Below, one piece after another: positions 1 to 8,503 of a stretch of DNA of 10,687 bases. Position numbers and translations under genes: made by a program. The first letter of the stretch is position 1, and each line of letters begins with the position of its first letter. Where the stretch lies: the IMG/VR virus record IMGVR_UViG_2537561977_000023, positions 1-10,687 of that record; one strand, 5' to 3'. Under the pieces are notes generated by a model. That model worked only from the letters and a program-made list of their open reading frames with translations. It searched no databases and had not been told where the DNA came from. Origin of the DNA: a virus. Taxonomy: Duplodnaviria > Heunggongvirae > Uroviricota > Caudoviricetes.

Positions 1-933
1 ACATTCCATTAATGCAATACTGAACTGGCTTACCTGAGTTGTATCAATTAGTGCATCTCTGTTTGAGTTAACGGAACCGGTAACAACATAACCTGACCTG
101 TCAGACCAGCCGGGACCATTCCATGTCTGAACAGATGACAGACCACCAAGGCGAATACCTGTAATAAACCTTGAGTTACATTCTGCCTGCGTATATGCGC
201 CAACATCTCTCGCTGATGGCTTGCGGGTTGTGGTGTAAAACTCTGACCAGTCAGCCTCAAATCCATAACCATCACGCGCTGAACGATAAAAAATACCGCC
301 GTTCTTATAATTCACACGGAACTGTACGGCAGGGCAACTCCCCGTATTCATATTGAAGTGGAGTATTAATGCTGTTGCGCCTTTGATATCTGCATCATAA
401 ACACCGCTATTCCAGTTCCAGCCAACAGCTTTATCATTTGCAACCCTGCTTCCTGTTTGCCCTAAAGCAAATGCAGGCTGCTGGTTTTTCGTGTTGTAGT
501 CTCGTCGCCAGCCAGGAGCGTAAGCATCACCATGATTAATATAAGTGAATTGAGCGTTAGTAATTCCGCCACCGCTGGACGTGCTCGGCGTGGTAACGCG
601 TATGGTCATTGCGCCGCGAGTGCCAATAACTTCCACCACAGCACCTGCAAGACAAATATTTCCGCAACCTGTATCTGTAATGACCTTATTATTTGCATAA
701 GCCCATGAGCCTTTGCACATCCAGTAAGGATGGTTAAATGCTCCCTGACTCTCCAGCCACGAAATAAATTGCGCGGTTGTCCAGACCTGACTATCGCCAC
801 CAATATTCAGCCATGAGCTATATGCGCGGCAGGCACCAATATTTTTGGTGAAGGTATCTTTCCCCGGAATATCTGCGCCGTTCTGGTTTTTCTGTAATGC
901 GCCAGAAGCCTGATTTACCGTTTCCTGTAAACC
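1..933 (-). CDS. Tail-fibre C-terminal variable-domain cassette (Mu Sv'/StfE-like), partial: continues beyond coordinate 1; no start codon, begins at the crossover site (silent orientation)
   Basis: Minus-strand frame with codons starting at coordinates divisible by 3 is open for 313 codons from 939 to the window edge. Translation NLGLQETVNQASGALQKNQNGADIPGKDTFTKNIGACRAYSSWLNIGGDSQVW...NGPGWSDRSGYVVTGSVNSNRDALIDTTQ is G/S/T/N/W/Y-rich like distal tail-fibre domains. Not in the ORF track because it has no in-window stop. Upstream stop TAA at 940-942 lies inside the crossover site. Confidence 0.7.
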
Positions 934-947
934 GAGGTTTTAGATAA
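922..947. other. gix/pix/cix-type 26-bp crossover site for the serine invertase (right-hand site of an invertible tail-fibre segment)
   Basis: TTCCTGTAAACC-GA-GGTTTTAGATAA: two imperfect inverted 12-bp half-sites around a central GA dinucleotide, 25/26 identical to the Mu gix sequence as I recall it (TTCCTGTAAACCGAGGTTTTGGATAA). Located 55 bp upstream of the invertase start, as in Mu/P1/e14. No second copy within the window. Confidence 0.7.
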
Positions 948-1001
948 TGGCCGTTTCCGGCCTGCATGGCATGATTTGCGCTTTTGGACGGGAGATTCAG
1001 C

Positions 1002-1588
1002 GTGCTGATTGGCTATGTAAGGGTATCAACAAATGACCAGAATACAGACCTGCAACGAAACGCTCTTGTTTGTGCAGGATGTGAACAAATATTTGAAGAT
1101 AAATTAAGCGGGACAAAGACAGACCGACCGGGATTAAAACGCGCTTTAAAGCGCCTTCAAAAAGGTGACACGCTGGTTGTCTGGAAACTGGATCGCCTCG
1201 GGCGAAGCATGAAACATCTGATTTCTCTCGTCGGGGAACTACGGGAGCGAGGAATTAATTTTCGCAGTCTGACCGACAGCATAGATACATCTTCTCCAAT
1301 GGGGCGTTTTTCTTCCACGTGATGGGTGCCCTGGCTGAAATGGAACGTGAATTAATTGTTGAACGTACACTGGCCGGACTGGCGGCAGCACGCGCACGGG
1401 GGCGCACAGGCGGACGTCGACCGAAGCTGACAAAAGAACAGCATGAGCAAATAGCAAGGCTGATCAAAAACGGGCACGACAGAAAACAACTGGCAATAAT
1501 TTACGGCATTGGTATATCGACGATTTATCGTTACCACCCCGCAGGAGAATCAATCGGAACAATAGAGAAGAGTCAGGAAACAAAATAA
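1002..1588 (+). pseudogene. Serine DNA invertase, Gin/Pin/Cin/Hin family; reading frame broken by a 1-base deficit in the T5 run at 1307-1311 (may be a sequencing artefact)
   Basis: GTG at 1002 preceded by GGAG (991-994). N-terminus [37 protein letters not shown]... is nearly identical to Gin as recalled, with the catalytic serine motif. ORFs 984..1322 and 1319..1588 are the two halves; adding one T gives ...[19 protein letters not shown]... and a protein of about 195 aa. Confidence 0.85.
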
Positions 1589-1616
1589 CCGCTAATCTGA
1601 CCATTAGCGGTTTTTG
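1588..1616. terminator. Bidirectional intrinsic terminator shared by the convergent invertase (+) and U (-) genes
   Basis: Perfect 9-bp stem ACCGCTAAT/ATTAGCGGT with 6-nt loop, followed by TTTTTGTGTT on the plus strand and TATTTTGTTT on the minus strand. Confidence 0.6.
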
Positions 1617-1623
1617 TGTTAAA

Positions 1624-2118
1624 TCAGAACAACCCTTTAACTGAACTGGCCGCGCTGTTAAGGGATGATGTTACCTTATCTTTGAAGCCGGACAGCATAT
1701 CGCTGAACGATGAGGATTGCAGGCGCTCCCGCAAATCCTCATCACAGCGTTCAAGAGTCAGTGAAAATTCTATCTTTTTCGCCTTACCGTAGCGATCAAA
1801 CTCGGAGCGGGTCGTATTCGTTTCGGTCAGGACATACATGCCGTAAATCTGCCCGACGCCATCAATCAGAGGCCAGGGTCGTCCTGTATACGCCTGCGTG
1901 GTCAGCAGCGACAGCGACACTTCGCCACCTGTAATTTCAGGATAAAGCACACCAGAAAGAACGATGCGCTCATCACCTGCACCGATATACTGCCAGCTTG
2001 CCGAACGGTTAACGCGTTCATTTTTCACATGCCGCCAGCTTTTGTTTTGCTGTAACTGCTGATGCGGCAATGTACGCAGCTCAAAAACAAACATGCCGTA
2101 GATCATCATCATGGCCAT
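1624..2118 (-). CDS. U: P2 gpU-like tail protein
   Basis: 164-aa ORF directly downstream of the tape measure gene, in the position of P2 U; ATG at 2118 or 2112 with GGAG upstream. Family assignment is by synteny and recalled similarity. Confidence 0.6.
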   Translation of the reverse strand: MAMMMIYGMFVFELRTLPHQQLQQNKSWRHVKNERVNRSASWQYIGAGDERIVLSGVLYPEITGGEVSLSLLTTQAYTGRPWPLIDGVGQIYGMYVLTETNTTRSEFDRYGKAKKIEFSLTLERCDEDLRERLQSSSFSDMLSGFKDKVTSSLNSAASSVKGLF

Positions 2119-2124
2119 GACTCC

Positions 2125-4966
2125 TCAATCTTTATCGTAAAAACTGCCACGCCCGGCACGGCCGCGCCGTTCCATTTCTGCCCTGACCATTTCACCGACC
2201 AGTTTCGCCAGTTCGCGGGGATTCTGCGTAACAACGTTATGCAGATGAACATGAATTTCACCACCAAATCCGGAGGCAACAGGCTCCCGGTTACGGGAAG
2301 TTACAGGAACTGATGCCACTGGAGAGCGTATGGCCTCCGCCACCGGGCGGGAGCTGGCCGCAACAACAGGGACCAGCGCCGGAGGCAGCGGAGCCGGGAC
2401 CACGGGTGTGATATTAATTGCGGGGGCAGGCTTACTGACCTGCGCAATCTTCCGCTCCTGCCACTCCCCACGAACAGCAAGTGCGCGGGGCAGGTTCTTA
2501 AAGACAATATCGCCGGGGCCAATGCGTTTTTTCGTCTCATCAACCAGCTTACCTGTGTTATCAGCAATTTTGCTGAGTCTGCGTAGCGTCCCGGTATTGC
2601 TGTCTGTGAGCGGTTTGTTGTCTTTGGGTTTATCACCTCCGGTGCCATTGCCATTTTCCACAGGCTTCGGCGGATTGATTTTCGCCAGGTCCCCCTGAAG
2701 CAAGGCAACCTTGTCCTGAAGAATGGCCGCACGCTGTGCGTCTTCGATTTTCTTGCGCGCCCTTTCCGCTTCATCCGGAAGGACGCCAAGTTTTTCAAGT
2801 ATCCACGCCAGCGTATCCAGTAGCATTTTTGCAGGTGTCAGAACAAGTTGTAACGCACCGCCAAGAACGTTACCGAATATCTCGCCAGCACTGGCACATT
2901 TATCCAGCGTTTCCTTGCTGGACTCCATCGGTGACAGCAGCGATTTAAACCAGTTAAAGACCTGAATAATCCCATCGCGCACGACATCAAAAACAGGGCC
3001 AAACCGTTCAAAGGTTTCGCGCAACGGGGTCAGCCTTTCCATAATCCCGCTGAACACCCCGGCAAAAAATGCCCTGATGGGATCCCAGTATTTCCAGATA
3101 AGAACGGCAGCTCCGGCAAGCGCAGCCACGATAAGACTAACCGGACTGAACAGCGCCCCGATAGCGCCACCAAGTAAAGAAACGGAACCCGTCACCATTC
3201 CCCATAATGCAGGCAGAACCCTGACAACATTCATTGATTCGGTCAGGAGAGAAAACCGAGACGCAACGTAGCCAGCTTCCCGTGAAGCACCCCAATAACC
3301 AGAGACAACGAACCAACCGTTGCTGTTGTCGCCAGCAGTGCGCCTCCCGCTATCAGTAACTGGCGCGTCAGTGCCGGGTGGGCCTGCGCCAGCGCCGTCA
3401 CCTTTGAGACAACCCGCGTGAGCCACTGCGTGACAGAACGCAGCGGACCGTCAACCAGATCACTGATGCGAATACGCAGACCTTCCCATGCACTGCCGAG
3501 TGATTTCAGGTTGCCATCAAGGTTATTGGCCATAACCTTTGCCGTGCGTTCTGCCTCACCGCGCGCGCCTTCAAGTTCTTTTCTCAGTTTGGCTAAGAAG
3601 CCGTCACCTGCCGCATCAACGAGGCCCATAAATGATGTGAAAGCCTCTTCTCCGGCAATGTCCTTAAAGAACGATACCCGGTCAACCTCCCCGTATTTGC
3701 GGGTGGCTTTATAGAGATCGGCCAGCACATTCTCCATCGGGCGCATTTTGCCTTTGGCGTCAGCAACTGACACCCCCAGCTCTTTCAGTGCTTCTGCCGC
3801 TGCCTTTGGCGGTGATGACAGATTGGCCAGGCTTTTACGCAACGCTGTACCCGCATCACTCCCCCTGATACCCATCTTCGCCAGCACGCCCGCCATCGCT
3901 GCGGCCTGCTCCAGCGATATTCCCAGCTTACCCGCCACCGGACCTGCATATTTCATGGTTTCGCCCAGTGCGCGAAGGTCAGTGTTGGTACGGGTAAACG
4001 CTGCGGTAAGTGTGTCACCGACCCGGTCCATCTGGTCAGCAGAGAGGCCGAACTGCGTCAGGATATTGGAACCAATATCCGCCGTCTCGCCGAGGTCCAT
4101 ACCGCCAGCCGTTGCCATGCTCAGCACGCCGGGAAGCGCAGCCTGAATGGCCTGCGGTGTGAAACCAGCCATTGCAAGAAATGCCTGTCCACTGGCGGCA
4201 TCGCCTGCGGTGAACTGCGTTTCAGAGCCAAGTTTTAACGCCTGCTCACGCAGCGCCTTAAACTGCGGGCTGTTTTTATCGATTCGCGTCAGTGCCTGAA
4301 CACGGGACATCTCTTTCCCGAACCCGATAGCGGGCTGCAAAAAACGCCCGGCAGCATAGCCGCCCGCTGCCGCCGCACCTGTTGCCAGCGCACCACCTGT
4401 TTTCAGTTTTCCCGCTGTTTCCTGCGCGCGTGAATACCGCTCACGCGCCTGCGTTACACGCGCAAGCGCCCGCCGTTCGCGTTCAAGCTGGTTGTTGTAT
4501 TGTCCGGTGCGTCTGATGGCCTGCTGGATGGTGTTATCGCTGCCTGTCAGGGAATGCCGTGGCGTTTCAGCTCTCCGCCAAGCTCCCGCATTTTCTGAAT
4601 TTCCCGTGTGCGCGATTCATTCAGGCGTTCAAGCCGGATGCTTAACTGCTGCATCAGCTTTTGTTGTTTTTCGCTGAGCACTGTACCCGTGCGTTGTAAC
4701 TGATTAAGGGCGTTAAGCTGGCGTCGTGCTTTCACGATCCCCGCATCCGCTTTACTGACAGCGTCACGGGCGCGCTCAAATGAACGCGCCTGACGCCCGA
4801 GATTTTTGATCGCCCCCTGCGTTCGCTGGATGGAGTCACCAAACTGCCCCATCAGGCGGCGGGCGTTTTCGGCAGGCCGGGTCAGCCTGTCAACGGCGCT
4901 GAAAGCGACCCGGATATCAAGAGTCTTCATTGTCTGCATTCCCGCTGCGAAGTGCCGCCCGCTCAC
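2125..4966 (-). pseudogene. T: Tail tape measure protein (P2 gpT-like), about 940 codons, split over three frames by two 1-base deficits (may be sequencing artefacts)
   Basis: ORFs 4547..4966, 3243..4340 and 2125..3426 are consecutive pieces of one gene. Coiled-coil-like N-terminal part, hydrophobic glycine-rich segments (LLIAGGALLATTATVGSLSLVIGVL; GAIGALFSPVSLIVAALAGAAVLIW) typical of tape measure proteins. Frame restored by adding one base at G3 4550-4552 and at A4 3252-3255 (plus-strand bases). Start uncertain: GTG 4966, ATG 4939 or ATG 4930. Confidence 0.75.
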
Positions 4967-5446
4967 GCCAGCTGACCACTTCGCCGGGCGTCATCATGAA
5001 GATTTCGGCGGGCGACCAGTTAAAAATAACGGCAATATCTGCCACAAAGTCTTCTATGTGCTCAAAGCACACAACCGTGATCAGGCTTCCGTCGCCTGTT
5101 CGTTCTTCCCGCCAGAGTCCGCACCGCTCAAAAAATTTACGGCAACCACACATAACTGAATAAAGTCACGGGATGCCATTTTTTTGATCGTCACTTCATC
5201 CAGTCGCGGTGATGTCACGCGTGACAGCAGCGTAAACATGGATTCCGCTTTCAGATTCAGCACATCAGACAGCGACAAATCTCGCAGAGATCCAGCCTGC
5301 TCAATAGCTCCGGTGATCTCCACATACGTGATTTTTTCGCCGCCTCGCTCAATTGGTTGGGTAAGTTTTACGCCACGCTCACTGGTTTCTTTCACAGTGT
5401 CAGCAACGACCGTGTTTTCGGTATCGATGTTTTTCGTCTCTTTCAT
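4917..5446 (-). CDS. Tail assembly chaperone E+E' fusion made by programmed -1 ribosomal frameshift (P2 E/E' type; analogous to lambda G/GT)
   Basis: The E frame (5446..5081) and the overlapping -1 frame (ORF 4917..5153) are joined at slippery heptamer T TTT TTG (minus strand; plus coordinates 5129-5135). Position immediately upstream of the tape measure gene, as expected. Confidence 0.65.
5081..5446 (-). CDS. E: Tail assembly chaperone E (P2 gpE-like), 121 aa
   Basis: ATG at 5446 with AAGGAG 5 nt upstream; located between the tube and tape measure genes; contains the slippery site near its 3' end. Confidence 0.7.
   Translation of the reverse strand: MKETKNIDTENTVVADTVKETSERGVKLTQPIERGGEKITYVEITGAIEQAGSLRDLSLSDVLNLKAESMFTLLSRVTSPRLDEVTIKKMASRDFIQLCVVAVNFLSGADSGGKNEQATEA
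5129..5135 (-). other. Slippery heptanucleotide T TTT TTG for the E/E' -1 programmed frameshift
   Basis: X XXY YYZ heptamer in the E zero frame (AAT TTT TTG); the -1 frame stays open for 70 further codons to the stop at 4917-4919. Confidence 0.6.
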
Positions 5447-5500
5447 CAGGAAACTCCTTTCAGTCAGAGGCGACGCACTGCGCCGCCTGCATATTACTTA

Positions 5501-6011
5501 TCAGCCAAGCCCGAGCGCGGAACGGATGCGATCGGGCACAATGTCCCTGCCGTCCTTCCGGTAAATGAAGTTCAGCAGGTCAATCTCCCACAACGGGCGA
5601 TCGTTAACACTCAGCTTGTAGTAGGTGTTTTTAATGGCGTAAGTGTGTGATGTGGCTTCGCCCTGTTTGGCTTCCCCCATATCAATTTCCGTCACACGTC
5701 CGCGCATTTCGACTTCATACAGGTCGCTTTCAGCGTCGGTGTAGTATTCACCCGCAAAACGCAGCAGCGTACCGTCAATCGTGCCGCCATACTTCAGGAA
5801 CAACTCACGAACTGCGCCCCCATGACAAAGCTCGCATCAAGCGCGGAGTCGTCCAGGCCGAGATCAATACTTACTGCCCCCATCATGCCACCACCCCGGT
5901 AGCTGTCGGTTTTGCGCGTCAGTTTAGGCAGAGTGACGGACGTCACCTTACCCACTTCGTTTTCACCATCCACAAACAGCGTAAAAAACGAAGATTTTTT
6001 GGTACAGCCAT
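5501..6011 (-). pseudogene. FII: Major tail tube protein (P2 gpFII-like), about 170 codons, interrupted by two 1-base deficits (may be sequencing artefacts)
   Basis: ATG at 6011 overlaps the sheath stop (TGATG) and has GGGAGG upstream. Pieces MAVPK / KSSFFTLFVDGENEVGKVTSVTLPKLTRKTDSYRGGGMMGAVSIDLGLDDSALDASFVMG / GAVRELFLKYGGTIDGTLLRFAGEYY...SALGLG. Frame restored by adding one base to T6 5995-6000 and to C5 5817-5821 (plus-strand runs). Confidence 0.7.
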
Positions 6012-7194
6012 CAGACACCTCCCAGCACCGCAAATGCGGGACCAAAGAATTCATCAGTAAACGTCTGGTAAAGCTCCATATCTTCCAGTGGCGGAACGGG
6101 CGTATATTTGTAGCGAATACGCACGCGCCCCTGACGTAAATCCGTGGTGCCGTTATCCACCACGTCATACCAGCACGACGCCCCAATCAGTTTCCCGGCA
6201 GTCACCAGTGAATCCAGTTTTGCCCTGATGGCACTGATAACATCCTTCACGTTCGCAGGCGTCAGTGGACTGTCGATGGTTTCAAACTGCGCTTCCGCAA
6301 TTGAATCAGCCAGCACCTGTGCGGTTCGGGTATACACCTCAAAGATGTAGGCGTTCGTTTCCGGTGTGCGGTTGCCCCAGAAGCGGAACCCGTTACGACG
6401 AATAATGGTCGTGATTTCTTTGTTGTTGAGGCTGTTGGCATCACTGTCTTCGGCCTGTAACGACCAGAACACATGCCTCGACATCCCCAGCACATTTTTA
6501 ACCGGAACGTTGGACAGTGATTTGTGCCATCCCTGCTCATGGTCAATGTACGCACGAAGGCCGCACGCACAGGCAGGCGCGGGGAACGTTTCGTTTTTGC
6601 CACTTTTCGGGTTCCAGGCGATGAAGTCCGGCCATAAGAGCATCACCTCACGTTCGTTGAATTTCTGGCGGTAGGTAATCGCCTCAGCCATCGTGTTACA
6701 GCCATGACATGAGGCATACACAAACGCGCGCAGTTTACCTGCAATCACGCACAGGGATTTTGCACCGCCTCCGTGTCCAGCTCCGGCGCGGCCAGAATAC
6801 GCGGACGGTATCCGATGCTTTCATCCTGCTCTGCAACAAGCAGCGCATACATCCCCGTATAGCTGCCGTCATCCTCAGAACCACCGATAACCAGTTGATC
6901 CTGCGTCTTTCCGTCTTCTTCTTTGTGTTCAGCCACGCGAACGACGATCACCTTTGTGCTCACCTGGTCTGCGATGGCCTTAAGCGCACGATAAAGCGTC
7001 CCCGTTGTCCCGCATTTTCCCAGCACGTCATTGACGCGGGTCAGCAGTGTGGGCTTGTTCAGCGGGAACAGCTTCGCGTCCGCATCATCCGCCGTTGCCA
7101 CGATACCGATAACGCTGGAATCAACATCGTTAATCGCTGTTACCAGGTCGGTATTTTCCGTAACACGGGCACCATGAAAACGAGTTTCACTCAT
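6011..7194 (-). pseudogene. FI: Tail sheath protein (P2 gpFI-like), about 394 codons, interrupted by one 1-base deficit (may be a sequencing artefact)
   Basis: ORFs 6745..7194 (N-terminal) and 6011..6748 (C-terminal) are one gene. Motifs ILAAPELDTEAVQ, GFRFWGNRT, YTRTAQV and YTPVPPLE match P2 sheath as recalled. ATG at 7194 with AAGGGG upstream. Frame restored by adding one base to T4 6758-6761 (plus strand). Confidence 0.8.
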
Positions 7195-7351
7195 AGCTTC
7201 AGCCCCTTGTATCCGTTAAATGATTCGGCAACAATCATCACCCACCACGCGCGTAATCTCACCCCTGCGCCGTTCTCCCGCCACGGCGACAACGAAAAGC
7301 AGTAACCCCCTCCGCACGCACATGCGACCATGCCGCACAGGGAGGGAGCAG

Positions 7352-8461
7352 ATGACCGACACCACCATGCAATTGCTCAGTCAGAGCACAGCCCCCGTGA
7401 AAATGCCGGATTTTGATATTCTCGCGGAGGGTAAAACGCTGTCCGGCGTGGCAGAGCGCCTGATGAGCCTGTCGCTGACCGACAACCGGGGATTTGAAGC
7501 GGACCAGCTCACCATCACGCTGGATGATGCGGATGGTCAGTTGCAGCTACCACCACGGGGCGCGCGCCTGACGGTTCTCATTGGCTGGAAAGGAGAACCA
7601 CTGACAGAAAAAGGCACTTATATTGTTGATGAAATCGCTCACGAAGGACCGCCGGACAGGCTGACTGTTTCAGCCAGAAGCGCAGATTTTCGGGATGAAT
7701 TTAACGTTAAACGTGAGGTGTCCTGGCATGATGTGACCGTTGAGCGTGTGGTATCCGCCATCGCTCACCGGTACGGTCTGAAACCGCAAATCAGCGAAAT
7801 GCTGATGGATATTGAAATCGACCACGCCGACCAGACCGAAGAAAGCGACATGTCCTTCCTTACGCGCATGGCGGAAATGCTGGGCGCAATCACTACGGTA
7901 AAAAGCGGTAATCTGTTATTCATCATGCCAGGCGGTGGCGTGAACGCACAGGGCCAGCCGTTGCCCTCGTTCGCCATCACGCGCAGCAGTGGCGATCGCC
8001 ATCAGTTCCGCATTGCTGACCGCGAAGCGTATACGGGGGTACGCGCTTACTGGCTTGATCTTAATTACGGGAAAAAGAAAAAAGTCAGCGTGAAACGCCG
8101 CAAACCGCCCAAGCCCAAAAAGGAGAAAAGCAGCAGCCGTGAAGGTGATTATATGGAAGGCGCGGAAGGCAATGTGTTTGTGTTACGCAAGACTTATCAG
8201 AACGAGCAGGCAGCAAGACGCGCAGCGGCGGCAAAGTGGCAGCAGCTACAACGCGGAGCCGCATCATTCTCCATCACGCTGGCGCGTGGACGTGCAGAAC
8301 TCTACCCCGAAATGCATGGCACGGTAACAGGATTTAAAAGCGAGATTGATAATCAGGACTGGATCATTGCAAAAGCCGGGCACACCATTGATAACAGCGG
8401 CTTTACCACACAGCTTGAGCTTGAGGCAAAAATCCCGGAATGGATAGCAGAAACAGAGTGA
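7352..8461 (+). CDS. D: P2 gpD-like tail protein (phage late control D family), 369 aa
   Basis: ATG at 7352 preceded by GGAGGGAG (7341-7348). The track's 7220 start adds a low-complexity N-terminal extension with no RBS and overlaps the FI promoter region, so 7352 is preferred. Confidence 0.75.
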   Translation: MTDTTMQLLSQSTAPVKMPDFDILAEGKTLSGVAERLMSLSLTDNRGFEADQLTITLDDADGQLQLPPRGARLTVLIGWKGEPLTEKGTYIVDEIAHEGPPDRLTVSARSADFRDEFNVKREVSWHDVTVERVVSAIAHRYGLKPQISEMLMDIEIDHADQTEESDMSFLTRMAEMLGAITTVKSGNLLFIMPGGGVNAQGQPLPSFAITRSSGDRHQFRIADREAYTGVRAYWLDLNYGKKKKVSVKRRKPPKPKKEKSSSREGDYMEGAEGNVFVLRKTYQNEQAARRAAAAKWQQLQRGAASFSITLARGRAELYPEMHGTVTGFKSEIDNQDWIIAKAGHTIDNSGFTTQLELEAKIPEWIAETE

Positions 8462-8503
8462 GCAACTTAGAATAGCGGCAACACCACGTTAAGGGAGGTC
8501 GCT

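Noticed and set aside
48-803. ORFs 48..275 (-), 171..356 (+) and 606..803 (-)
   Set aside because: All lie inside the 313-codon fibre cassette frame but in other frames or on the other strand. The real coding frame was missed by the track because it has no in-window stop.
1-920. Second (inverted) copy of the 26-bp crossover site inside the window
   Set aside because: Only a weak partial resemblance at about 152-172; no convincing copy, so the partner site must be left of the window.
1239-1537. Minus-strand ORFs 1239..1457, 1255..1467 and 1352..1537
   Set aside because: Antisense to the invertase gene.
2301-4146. Several plus- and minus-strand ORFs inside the tape measure region (2301..2798, 2330..2698, 2723..2965, 3418..3714, 3748..4146)
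   Set aside because: Overlap the T gene in alternative frames; Ala/Ser/Arg/Pro-rich low-complexity translations; no RBS support.
5794-6186. ORF 5794..6186 as an independent 130-aa gene starting inside the sheath 3' end
   Set aside because: Its 5' part is just the alternative frame of the sheath C-terminus. Only the portion from about 6009 downwards is tube coding sequence, reached from ATG 6011 after a 1-base frame correction.
6709-7305. 198-aa plus-strand ORF
   Set aside because: Antisense to the sheath gene and its promoter region; arginine-rich composition typical of a GC-frame artefact.
7220-7351. Upstream ATG (7220) giving a 413-aa D protein
   Set aside because: The extension is low-complexity (MIRQQSSPTTRVISPLRRSPATATTKSS...), has no RBS and lies in the divergent promoter region. 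ATG 7352 has a strong GGAGGGAG Shine-Dalgarno.
1589-7351. Inverted repeats at the proposed inversion breakpoints (1589-1623 versus 7195-7351)
   Set aside because: Only a short direct, not inverted, resemblance (TAATCTxACC) was found, consistent with chance. The inversion hypothesis rests on gene order alone.
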